DNA from: an uncultured Gammaproteobacteria bacterium
GTDB taxonomy: Bacteria; Pseudomonadota; Gammaproteobacteria; JACCXJ01
Reading direction: 5' to 3'
Assembly (NCBI GenBank): GCA_963764725.1
Contig: CAVXTM010000012.1
Coordinates: 320,001-384,000 of the forward strand
DNA: 64,000 nt
Part shown: in pieces, positions 42,301 through 51,683 of the stretch
How the letters are laid out: every line of letters starts with the position of its first letter
Position numbering within the stretch: the stretch's first letter is position 1
Translations under genes and position numbers: made by a program
Notes under the pieces: generated by a model
Database searches by the model: none
Seen by the model: only the letters and a program-made list of their open reading frames with translations
What the model was told of the DNA's origin: nothing

Positions 42301-43163
42301 AAGTCGTAGGATAAAGCCTCGCCGCTACACACGACCGCACGCACCGAACCACAATATTCATTTAGGCTTGGCTGGCCCAAGAACACCGCCAACATGGACG
42401 GAACAAAGTGCAACAGCGAGATCTTCTGCGCGTCGATGAGCCTCGCCAGATACGCCGGGTCTCTATGCCCGCCAGGCCGAGCCAACACCAGCCGGGAGCC
42501 GGTCATGAGCGGCAGGAAAAATTCCCAGACAGAAACGTCAAAGCTAAAAGGTGTCTTCTGCAGTACCGCGTCGTTTACAGATAGCTGAAAAATACCCTGC
42601 ATCCAGATCAGGCGGTTCACAATCGCGCGATGGGTATTCATCGCCCCTTTCGGTTTGCCGGTCGATCCGGAGGTATAAATCATATAGGCGAGATCTTCCG
42701 GAGCCAGCTCTACCGCTGGCGGATTAGTGGGAAGCGTCTCGACCTTTTTCCAATCGGAATCGAGCCTGAAGACAGCCGCATCGGTCGATGGTAATCGGCG
42801 AAAGAGGTGCCGCTGGGTAAGCAGGACAGGGGGGCTTGCATCCCGGAGCATGAAGTCGATCCGCTCACCTGGATAGTCCGGGTCTATCGGGACATACGCA
42901 CCACCGGCTTTGATAATGGCCAGCAACCCCACCACCATTTCCAATGATCGCTCCGTGCAGATCCCGACCATCACATCCGGCCCAACGCCCATCGATCGCA
43001 GATGATGCGCCAACTGGCTCGAGCGAGCCTCGAGCTCAGCCCGACTCAGGCTAGCCTCCGCCGTCCACACGGCCTCCCCACCGGGGTTCATACGGCGGCC
43101 GCTCTCAAGATGCGTCAGCAATAGGTCCTGAGCGTTTATCAACGCCAAGTCTTTTCCGACCAT
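39360..43163 (-). CDS. NRPS: A(Ser) interrupted by an FkbM-type methyltransferase, then PCP and sulfotransferase
   Basis: Ser-type A motifs; inserted FDVGANIG...LLKIDVERSE; PCP GGTSL; sulfotransferase motifs APPRSGTTLLR, DKTPSY and RHP. Confidence 0.9.
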   Translation of the reverse strand: MVGKDLALINAQDLLLTHLESGRRMNPGGEAVWTAEASLSRAELEARSSQLAHHLRSMGVGPDVMVGICTERSLEMVVGLLAIIKAGGAYVPIDPDYPGERIDFMLRDASPPVLLTQRHLFRRLPSTDAAVFRLDSDWKKVETLPTNPPAVELAPEDLAYMIYTSGSTGKPKGAMNTHRAIVNRLIWMQGIFQLSVNDAVLQKTPFSFDVSVWEFFLPLMTGSRLVLARPGGHRDPAYLARLIDAQKISLLHFVPSMLAVFLGQPSLNEYCGSVRAVVCSGEALSYDLKERFFSTLDAELHNLYGPTEAAVDVTHWKCEPGGEDRVVPIGRPVLNTKLYILDKDLQPVGNGDAGELHIGGVQVGRGYHNRPELTAERFITDPFAGDSKALLYKTGDLARWRKDGSIEFLGRLDHQVKIRGFRIELGEIEETLRRHPGVRDAVVTTFSSDDQEQKLAAHLLADPDRTAAVVTIRYRSKCNGAADLYELPNGLVVRHLNKSETDFMYDEIFRDRCYFQHGIELGHGACVFDVGANIGLFSILVATEIPGSKVFAFEPIPPLLEILTTNAELYGESIQPLGYGVGRIPETASFTFYEHASILSGAKANLQEDRDTVARYLAASDSSLSGSVSHRVLDELVAARLTTESFTCPIKTLSGAIADLGIDHVDLLKIDVERSELEVLQGLEDDDWPKIRQIVAEVHDTGDRLRQFKQLLDDKGFQYVEDQADPLADTSLKLVFARRASVCSSAISRLPASENWYSVQDLQSSIREHCAKWLPDYMVPDVIVMLDEYPLTPNGKLDRPALHLPEKATIRRNGQEAPPRDELERWLHASWAAILGREDFGIHVGFFDAGGTSLRAARLVQRLQQRLNEFVYVVTVFEAPTIAEYAELLKRQYPHRIRELFTGVKGLGRDDTRRVADARVLTDAEIGRFQGRVPIFRSTGRDSASPLNPPAVFILAPPRSGTTLLRVMLAGHPDLFAAPELQLLHFETLRSRRAAFQGKFEAWLEGTIRVLMELRGVDADAARRLMEEYESKDLTTIEFYKLLQDAIGERLLLDKTPSYALDPVALEHAELDFEEAKFIHLVRHPLAATRSFEKMHMDQILLLKDHPYNTRQLGELVWLRSHFNILELLTKVPEERQCRLRFEDLVADPRTAMERACTMLDLPYIEELVEPYRNKESKMTTGLYPESTPMGDVRFLTFSEIRPDVADSWKAAQTKYALAPATWDLARQLGYDPADADQPGSDRISIKAQRNRNAIRERRLHHRKSKP

Positions 43164-43386
43164 AGACTCTTTTTAATTGCCGACTCCTTCACAACAGAAA
43201 CGGCTACGTAGGATGCAGCGTAGCGACAAAAGCTATGTCCGGGATTTTCGATCCTTGTAACCATGACTTGGCGTCCGTGCCTAGGCTCCGTCTCTGGAGC
43301 GTCGTCGAACAATGGCTTGATAGAGGCAGGGTCCTAGCGGAATTGCGGGCTGCGATAGCGGGCAAAGCGTCCCGGGAGCCATAATC

Positions 43387-44517
43387 ACTCGATCCGCCGC
43401 AATGCGAAGCCTCACGCCAAGGACGCTCGTTGAATGCTGGGTTTGTGAGCTAGGCTTCCAGTGGCATTGTCTTGGGCCCCGGGGGAGGTGTGCGGCGCCC
43501 TTCGCGCCTCGGCCAGGCAGATCTTCATTTGTTCGGCCAGCGGCCCGACATAAGGATCTTGAAACAGTTCGACATGCATGCCTGGGACCATGCGATGGGT
43601 TGCTTGCGCGGCAAGCCGGGACCAGGCGTTTTGAATTTCGCGGCGCCGCACCTCGTCCATATCGTCGGCCGCCCAGATAAACCAGATCTTGCCGGCATAG
43701 GCTCTCGGCACATAGTTCTTTTTCGCGCGCCGATGCGAATCAATAGTATAGCGCGACAAAAGACCGCGCGACAAAGGCAGTCTGCACGCCAGGAAAATAG
43801 GAAGCGCGATTCTCCTACAGAGGACGTTCAACCCGTACCACACACGCGCCCACACATAGGCGAGCTGCTCGATGACATTTTTATTGACCAGGCTGCGTAA
43901 ATGCCTTTCGACACGGTTGCGAGAACGATCGCGTGCCATTGGCGTCTTCGGCGGTGGGGGATCGATCAACACCAGCGCCGCGATCTCTTCGCCTTGGGCG
44001 AGCAACTGCTGCGCCATTTCCAGCGCGATCAGCGTCGACACGCAGTCACTGCTCAAATAATAAGGCCCGTGCGGCTGTACCTTGCGCAGGTGAGTCAGAT
44101 TAAAAGCGGCCATTTCTTCAATGCGCGTCATGCGCATCTGCGTCGGGTCCCAGTGAGAGCTGATTCCGTACAGACGCTGATCAGGCCCGAGGCAGCGGCA
44201 CAACTCCCTCAACTCGGTGGCGATGCCCAGCCATACACTGAATAGCGGCGGGGTCGTGCCGTGGGGGTTGAGCGGCACGATCACATCCGAGTCATTGAGA
44301 GAATCTCCCGCCGCCAGGATTCGGCCGATCTGTTCCACGGTCGGTGCCTGAAACAGCGTCGCGACCGACAAACGCCGGCCGCAAGCCTTTTCGATTTCGG
44401 CCAACACGCGCAACACCAGAAACGAATGCCCGCCGAGATCGAAGAAGTTGTCGCGTATGCCAACCTGGTCGAGCTTTAGTACCGAGGCGAAGATCGCGGC
44501 GAGTTGCTGCTCGAGCG
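43387..44517. repeat. Direct repeat copy 2 (PCP-TE plus decayed sfp 5' end)
   Basis: Matches 29390-30521 at an offset of 13,997/13,996. Confidence 0.95.
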
Positions 44518-47500
44518 GCGTGCGCGGAGCCGCATAAACCGCGGCGTCAGAGCGTGCGCTGTCAGGCTTGGGCAGCGCCTTCCGGTCGAGCTTGCCGTTC
44601 GGGGTGAGCGGCATCTCGTCGAGCACGACAAAAGCCAATGGCAGCATGTAATCGGGCAGACGCTCTTTCAGATACTTCCGCAGGTCAGCGCCGCTCAAGG
44701 CAGTTGTGGAAGATGCCCCCACCACATAGGCGACCAAGCGCTTGTCGCCGGATGAGTCTTCTCGCGCAATGACTACAGCTTCCTTGACGTCTGCGTGTTG
44801 CGATAACATGGCCTCGATCTCCCCCAGCTCGATCCGGAAACCTCGAATCTTCACTTGATGGTCGATGCGCCCCAGGTATTCGATATCCCGCTCTGGCAGA
44901 TAGCGCGCCAGGTCCCCGGTCTTGTACAGGCGCGCCCCTGGTTCGCTGCTGAAGGGATGGGCGATGAAGCGCTCGGCGGTCAGTTCAGGGCGATTCAGAT
45001 AGCCCCTGGCAAGCCCCGCACCCCCGACATAGAGTTCGCCGGCGATGCCGATGGGGACCGGTTGCAGGTAGGGATCGAGGATGTAAAGCTCTAGATCGGG
45101 AATCGGAACACCGATCAAGCTGCCCTTGGACGCCTCGATGTCGGCCCGGGCGAGCGGCCGGTAGGTGACGTGCACGGTCGTCTCGGTGATGCCGTACATG
45201 TTGATCAAGCGCGGACGCGCATCGCTGTGGACATCGATCCAGGGCTTCAGACTGTGCAGTTCCAACGGCTCGCCGCCGAAGATCACATAGCGTAAAGCCA
45301 GCGCCTTTCTCCTCGCGCTCTGCTCGACGTCGATCAGCGGGCGGAAGGCCGAGGGTGTCTGATTCAGTACCGACACCCGCTGCTGGACGAGCAGGTCGTA
45401 GAAGGCCTCCGGGGAACGGCTAACCCAGTACGGTACCACCACCAGGCGTCCGCCGTAGAGCAAGGCGCCCCAAATCTCCCAGGTCGAGAAGTCAAACGCA
45501 TAGGAATGGAACAAGGTCCACACGTCGCTTGCCTGGAAGTCAAACCAGACTTCGGTTGCCGCCAACAGGCGGGTGACATTGCCGTGCGTGACCAGGACAC
45601 CTTTTGGCCGGCCGGTCGAGCCCGAGGTGTAGATGACATAGGCGAGGTTGTCCGGCTTAAGCGCGGATTCAGGGTCGCTATCGGGATAGTTTTCGAAATC
45701 GTGCTCGAAGGCGTCAACAAATACGAGCTTGGCGTGATGCGCAGGCAAGCGTTCTTCGAGGTTTCGCTGCGTGAGCAACACGGGGATTTTCGCGTCTTCG
45801 AGCATGAACGCCAGGCGCTCTTCAGGGTAGTCAGGGTCGAGCGGCAGGTAGGCGCCGCCGGCTTTCAAGATCGCGAGCAGCGCGACCACCATCTCGATCG
45901 AGCGCTCGACGCATAGTCCGACCAGTGCTTCCGGGCCGACGCCTAACGAAATGAGTTGATGGCTGAGTTGATTCGCGCATGCATTGAGTTCCCGATAAGA
46001 AAGCTTCCGGCCCTCGAACACGAGCGCGATGTTGTCGGGCGTTTTTTCGACTTGTTGTTCGAACAGCTCGACGATCGTCTTGTCTTTCGGATAATCGATC
46101 CGAGTTTGGTTCCAGTCGTGGATCAAGGCATGGCGTTCGGCGTCGGGCAGAAGCGCCAGCCGCGATATCTTCTTCTCGGGGTTCTTGACGATACTTTTGA
46201 GCAGCGTTTCGAAGTGCCCGACCATGCGGACGATGGTCGCCGCATCGAACAAATCGCTGCTGTATTCGACACTGATCTTCAGGCCTTCGCTGGTTTCAAT
46301 CGCATAAAGGGTCAGATCGAATCTGCTGGTTTCGCGACCCAAGTCCATGCGCTCGACCTCGAGACCGGGAAGCAGAAGCGGCACTTGCGTCGTGTTCTGC
46401 AGCGCGAACATCACTTGGAACAACGGCGAGTACGACAGGCTGCGCTCAGGCTTCAACTCTTCGACCAACTTCTCGAAAGGCAGGTCTTGGTGCGAATAGG
46501 CGGAAAGCGCCATCTCGCGCACTCGCGAGAGGTACTCACGAAAGCTCGGATCGCCGGACAAATCAGTCCGCAGCGTCAGGGTATTGACGAAAAAGCCGAT
46601 CAGGTGCTCGGTTTCAGTGCGCGTGCGCCCGGCAATCGGCGAGCCTATGACGATATCATCGGAGCGGCAATACCTTGACAGCAGCACCGAAAACGCCGCG
46701 AGCAGCGTCATGAATAGCGTTGCGCGATCGGCTTGACCGACTGTTTTAACAGCGTCGAGCAGCGCGTTATCAAGCATCCGGTTCAAGCGCGCGCCCTTGA
46801 AGCTTTGCAGCGCTGGACGCGGCCGGTCGGTCGGCAGCTCCAAAAGCGGTGGCGCACCTGACAGTTGCTTCTTCCAGTACGCGAGCTGGGGCTTGAGCAC
46901 TTCCTCGGACAGATGGCCGCGCTGCCAGACTGCGTAATCCGGGTACTGGATCGGAAGCTCGGGGAGCGATACCGCCTTGGAATTTGCAAGAGCCTGATAG
47001 AGGGCGGCGACTTCGCGATAGAAAACTCCGATCGACCAGCCGTCAGAAATAATGTGATGCAGCGTCGTCAGCGTGACATGCCGCGTATCCTCCAATTGCA
47101 GCAGCAAGACCCGAATCAGCGGCGCGCGCGACAGATCGAATGGACGCTCTGACTCTTCGGCGGCGAGCCTGCGCATCTCGGCGTCGCGCTCGGATGGTGA
47201 GAAGCCGCGCAGATCAACGAACGAAACTTTGGCGTCGGCCGACGGGTGGATGATCTGGACGGCTTCGTTTTCCTGCGTCGTGAAAGACGTGCGCAGCGAT
47301 TCGTGGCGCTTGACGATTTCGTTGATGCAGCGTTCAAAGGCCGCAACATCGAGCTCGCCTTCGAGCTTGAGCGCCGAACTGATGTTGTAGAACGCACTGT
47401 GCGGCTCCCATTGACAGAGAAACCACAGCCGTTGCTGGGCAAACGACTGCGCAAAGGCCGGCGCCTCCCCGCTGCGCGGGAGAGTGGGAATGGTGTGCTT

Positions 47501-47590
47501 GTTGGCGCGCGTTTTTTGCCTGAGCTTCGCTTCGAAAAGCGCACGCGCTTCGGGAGGAAGATTAGCGATGCGATTGACAAGGTCGTTCAT
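43412..47590 (-). CDS. NRPS termination module C-A(Thr)-PCP-TE
   Basis: C: HHIISDGWS. A: FDFSTWE, LNQTPSAF, NMYGITETTVHV (Thr code). PCP: GGHSF. TE: YLSSDCVS...LID...PGMH. Confidence 0.93.
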   Translation of the reverse strand: MNDLVNRIANLPPEARALFEAKLRQKTRANKHTIPTLPRSGEAPAFAQSFAQQRLWFLCQWEPHSAFYNISSALKLEGELDVAAFERCINEIVKRHESLRTSFTTQENEAVQIIHPSADAKVSFVDLRGFSPSERDAEMRRLAAEESERPFDLSRAPLIRVLLLQLEDTRHVTLTTLHHIISDGWSIGVFYREVAALYQALANSKAVSLPELPIQYPDYAVWQRGHLSEEVLKPQLAYWKKQLSGAPPLLELPTDRPRPALQSFKGARLNRMLDNALLDAVKTVGQADRATLFMTLLAAFSVLLSRYCRSDDIVIGSPIAGRTRTETEHLIGFFVNTLTLRTDLSGDPSFREYLSRVREMALSAYSHQDLPFEKLVEELKPERSLSYSPLFQVMFALQNTTQVPLLLPGLEVERMDLGRETSRFDLTLYAIETSEGLKISVEYSSDLFDAATIVRMVGHFETLLKSIVKNPEKKISRLALLPDAERHALIHDWNQTRIDYPKDKTIVELFEQQVEKTPDNIALVFEGRKLSYRELNACANQLSHQLISLGVGPEALVGLCVERSIEMVVALLAILKAGGAYLPLDPDYPEERLAFMLEDAKIPVLLTQRNLEERLPAHHAKLVFVDAFEHDFENYPDSDPESALKPDNLAYVIYTSGSTGRPKGVLVTHGNVTRLLAATEVWFDFQASDVWTLFHSYAFDFSTWEIWGALLYGGRLVVVPYWVSRSPEAFYDLLVQQRVSVLNQTPSAFRPLIDVEQSARRKALALRYVIFGGEPLELHSLKPWIDVHSDARPRLINMYGITETTVHVTYRPLARADIEASKGSLIGVPIPDLELYILDPYLQPVPIGIAGELYVGGAGLARGYLNRPELTAERFIAHPFSSEPGARLYKTGDLARYLPERDIEYLGRIDHQVKIRGFRIELGEIEAMLSQHADVKEAVVIAREDSSGDKRLVAYVVGASSTTALSGADLRKYLKERLPDYMLPLAFVVLDEMPLTPNGKLDRKALPKPDSARSDAAVYAAPRTPLEQQLAAIFASVLKLDQVGIRDNFFDLGGHSFLVLRVLAEIEKACGRRLSVATLFQAPTVEQIGRILAAGDSLNDSDVIVPLNPHGTTPPLFSVWLGIATELRELCRCLGPDQRLYGISSHWDPTQMRMTRIEEMAAFNLTHLRKVQPHGPYYLSSDCVSTLIALEMAQQLLAQGEEIAALVLIDPPPPKTPMARDRSRNRVERHLRSLVNKNVIEQLAYVWARVWYGLNVLCRRIALPIFLACRLPLSRGLLSRYTIDSHRRAKKNYVPRAYAGKIWFIWAADDMDEVRRREIQNAWSRLAAQATHRMVPGMHVELFQDPYVGPLAEQMKICLAEARRAPHTSPGAQDNATGSLAHKPSIQRASLA

Positions 47591-47599
47591 CTCGACGTT

Positions 47600-48002
47600 T
47601 TCATTCCGTTGCTGTCAAGCCCTAACTGCGCTGCCCACGTCTGACCGCCGCAGCCGACCGAGTTCAGACTTTGTCGTTGGGCAGCATAACCGACTTCTGC
47701 ACTGAATGCCAATTTCGGTGCGACTCGAATACCCGCGCCTGGCGCGCACCCCTGCTGCATGGCGGCAACTGACGTGCCACTTCCTCGATAATGCGGCCAA
47801 CGAGGCACAATATCGTTGTCTCTCAGGTACGGCGATGCGAGGTAATGCAGACGATCACAATTTTGCTCGTCGGGTCCGAATACAAGCTGCAGGCTGGCGA
47901 GCGCTGCTCTAAATCGCTGATCCCGTACTCATAAATGGTTTTCAAAAACTCAGCCGAAGCCGAAGGCCCCATGCCGCCCAGAATACCCAGAAGCTTTATC
48001 AC
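47600..48002 (-). pseudogene. Aspartate/glutamate racemase relic
   Basis: GTG start overlaps the upstream stop. Reads IKLLGILGGMGPSASAEFLKTIYE...LYSDPT, then a deleted middle, IVIVCITSH and a stop. Confidence 0.75.
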
Positions 48003-50007
48003 GATCGCCCCTCGAGATTTTGCGCCTGCGATCCCTCTCCTTGCGCCTCGGTAAGAAGCTGCGCCAGCTCATCGTCACTGAGCGCTTCGGCCTGCTTTCG
48101 CACGATTAACGCCGACATGCCTGCCACGGTAGGCGACTCGAACACAGCGCGCAGCGGGATGTCGGCGTCCAAGGTCTTTTTCACGCGCGAAATGACCTGT
48201 GTCGCCAGCAGCGAATCTCCGCCCAACCGGAAAAAATCATCGTGTATGCCGACCCGCGCCAAGTTCAGCACTTCAGCGAAAATGTCCGCGATAAGCTGCT
48301 CATTCGGCGTCCGTGGAGCGATATGTTCGAGGCGGTTCTGTCAGGATCGGGCGCCGGCAAAGCCTGGCGATCGACTTTGCCGTTGCGAGTCAGCGGCAAA
48401 GCAGAGAGGGGCACATAAGCGGCCGGTACCATGTAGTGCGGCAATTTCTCGCCGAGGAAGGCGCGCAAATCGTCGGTGGAGGGCAACGCCTCTCCCGTCA
48501 GATAAGCAACCAGCCTTTTCTCGTCGGGTTTATCTTCGCGCGTCGAGACCACGGCTTGCCGCACGGCCGGGTGCGATCTCAACGCCGCTTCGATCTCGCC
48601 GGGTTCGATTCGAAAGCCGCGAATCTTCACCTGGTCATCGGTTCGCCCGAGAAACTCGATGTCGCCGGTTGTAAGATAGCGAGCCCGGTCGCCTGTTTTG
48701 TACAGTCGCCCCGCCGAGCCGGCCGCATAGGGATCGGCGATGAAGCGATCGGCGGTCTGCTCCGGCTCATTAATGTAGCCGCGCGCAACCCCGGCGCCGC
48801 CGATGTAGAGTTCTCCGGGTTCCCCTATAGCTACGGGCTGCAGGTCTTCACCGAGAATATAAGCGCGCGTATTCGCGATCGGCCGACCGATTGGGACGGT
48901 TGCGCAGCGATCGGTGCGGGAGCCGTGGTCCACATCGAGAGTCAACGCGCCTATTGTCGTTTCAGTGGGTCCATAGTGATTGATGATTCGGCAGGCAGCG
49001 CCGGTCTGCTCGATGCGGCGGACGAGTTGCCAAGGCAAAGCCTCGCCGCCGAATATCAGGTACTTTCCTGGCAGGATGTCGTTTCCATCGCCTCCATCGC
49101 GCGATGCAAGCAAGGCGGCAAAGTGAGACGGTACGATTTTCAGCACATCGATCGGATGCCTCGAGAAATAGTCCGCCAACCTGTCCGCATCGGTGACCGT
49201 CTCATAGTCAAGAATATGCAGACAACCGCCGGAAATGAGGCTAGTGAAAATGCAGGTATTGCCCAGATCGGCGGTCAGCGTCGTCACCGTCGCAAAGTGA
49301 AAAGGAGCGATTTTCTGCAACTGCAGCCTGGTACGTATGAAGTGAGCATAGTTGACGATATTGGAATGGGTGATGGCCACGCCTTTCGGATTGCCGGTGG
49401 AGCCCGAAGTGAAGATGATGTAGGCGAGGTGGTTTGCGGCAACCTCGGCTTCGGGATTTTCGGTGGACTCGCTTTCACCCGACTCGCGATCGAGGTACAA
49501 CACGCGGCCGCCGAAATCCGGTAAATCACTGAACAGCTTCTCCTGAGTCAACAAGATCGAAGCCTTGACTTGCTCAAGTTGCCGCGCCAACCGGCTTTTC
49601 GGGTATTCCGGATTCAGAGGGACATACGCGCCTCCCGCCTTCAATATGCCGAGCAGCCCTACCAGCATGGCGGAAGAGCGATCGGTGCACAGACCGACCG
49701 GTATATCCGCAGTCACGCCCAAACCTTGCAGATGATGAGCGAGTTTGTTGGCTTTGGCGTTTAACTCTGCGTAACACCACCGTCCGTCGCCGCAAACGAG
49801 CGCGATCGCGCCGGGCGTCTTTTCAACCTGCGCTTCGAACAATTGATGGAGGCATCTATCGCGCGGAAAGTCCGCTTCGGTCGCATTCCATTCAACGAGC
49901 AAGCGATGGCGCTCGGCTTCAGTCAATATCGATCCTGAAAGCTGCTGCTCACAGTTGCGTGGATCCGATTTCGGTGCGGAAGAATCGCCGACGCAAACGT
50001 CATTCAT
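47999..50007 (-). pseudogene. NRPS A(Asp-type)-PCP, frameshifted near 48340
   Basis: A motifs ADLGNT, LKIVPSH and NHYGPTETTIG. The PCP (APRTPNEQ..GGDSLLA) is in another frame. Confidence 0.85.
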
Positions 50008-50293
50008 TTATTGTCTCCCTTCAGATCGAGTGCCTGTGCCTAAAAAACTTCCAAAGTCTGTTGTTCTCTTTTGCGAAGAAAAACCTTGCGCCAAATATGA
50101 GCTTGCAGGAAGGGCCATATAGCTTGCCCATCTCCCCAGACCCATGCGTTCGCGTGCTGCTTCGCTTCCACGAAGGTGCGTATCGCGCGGCCGTAACCGG
50201 GCGAGACGATCGATTTGAGGCGCTTTGCCTTTATCGTCTGTTAGCAAAGGCGATTGCGACAACCGCGCACTACTCGTTTGCCCAGCGTCTATG

Positions 50294-51589
50294 GGGCACT
50301 TCGATAAATTCGTTTCCAGTGGTAGCTAACCGTTAAATAACCAAGGATGATTAAAGTCGGGTAAGTGGTGTTTTGTACACGGCTACCGCTTGCCTTATAG
50401 GATGCCGTTTACCATCGCTGCTTTAGGTTGCGTGGGCAAGCCGATTTCCTGGCTTGCGTCGCTCCAGTTGCAGATAGCGCATGATGTTGTAGGTGAGGTT
50501 CATCAGCGCGATCATGGTCTTGGCCCTAGCCAGTCCTATGGTGCGGATGAGTTTGCCGCCCATGGAGTTATGCTGAAAGCCAAAGACATGCTCGACCCGG
50601 GCGCGGATGGTGGAGCGCAGGCGGTTGAGGCGCTTTTTGTGCGCACTCAGCGGTTTGCCCCGCTGGCCTTTGTAGTGGATCTGGCTCTTGAAGCCAGCCT
50701 CCCCAAGCCGCTGTTCGGTTTCCTCGGACCGATAGGCACTGTCGGCCCAGACAGAGGCTCCGGTGTTGGCTTCATCGAGCACCTCCGCTAAGAGCTGGCT
50801 ATCGTGGATGGCGGCATCGGTGACGGTAAAGTTGCGGATGAGCTTGTGCTTGTTGTCCACGTTGATGTGGTTCTTGTACCCAAAGTAGCTCTTGCCGTGT
50901 TTCTTGGTCCAACGGACGTCGGTGTCCTTCTGCCGGCGCATCGCGGGGTTGTTTTCCCAGTCCTCAGGCAGCTCGCCGCCTTTGATCGCCGCATTCTCTT
51001 CCCGAGTATTCCTCTGGCGGGGCACCGGCACGATGCTGGCATCGATGATCTGCCCGGCTTTTGCCTGATAGCCGCGCTCGCTGAGATAGGCATTGAAGCG
51101 CTCAAAGAGCCCCTCCAAGAGGCCTTGCTCGGCCAACACCTGCCTATAGGCCCACAGCGTGGTGGCATCGGGCACGTTGTCCTGCAGGTTGAGCCCGAGA
51201 AAGCGCATGAACGACATCCGTCTTTGATTTGATACTCCATCTGCTGATCGGAGATGTTATACAGACTCTGCAACACTAACGCCTTGAACATCATCACCGG
51301 GTCCAAAGGCTTGCGACCGGCGGGTGATTTACGCTCCTTCTCATGGATCTTGGCGCATAGCGGACGAAATTCCTCCCACGGGACCGACTCCTTGAGCACC
51401 ACCAACGGGTCACCCATCGCGTCCAGTGCGTCATAGCGCTCCTCTACATCAAACAACCCCGGTTGCCCCATGATCATCTCCCCTTGCTGCTCTTATGGAT
51501 GAGGGCCCATATTCTAACACGAGTTATATATCCGATCAGCTACTAAAAGCTATACTAAGGCCCGAGTCGAGGAATTAATCGAAGTGCCC
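50294..51589 (-). mobile_element. IS5-family element, transposase frameshifted near 51220
   Basis: IRs gggcacttcgataaattc and gggcacttcgattaattc. Motifs GRKPLDPVMMFK, IIDASIV, FGYKNH, ADSAY and RARVEHVFG. Confidence 0.9.
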
Positions 51590-51683
51590 TATATGGTGGG
51601 CTCCTGTTTCAACGCACTTTCTCTCCCGGTCTATCGCTGTCGGAACGGGATTCAAGTGACGATCGAGAACATGGATCCGAGTG

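Noticed and set aside
48313-49524. Long plus-strand ORFs antisense to NRPS, GH and ThDP genes (also 10792-11580, 54709-55491, 60607-61728)
   Set aside because: Shadow ORFs from GC-rich codon bias; no recognisable motifs.
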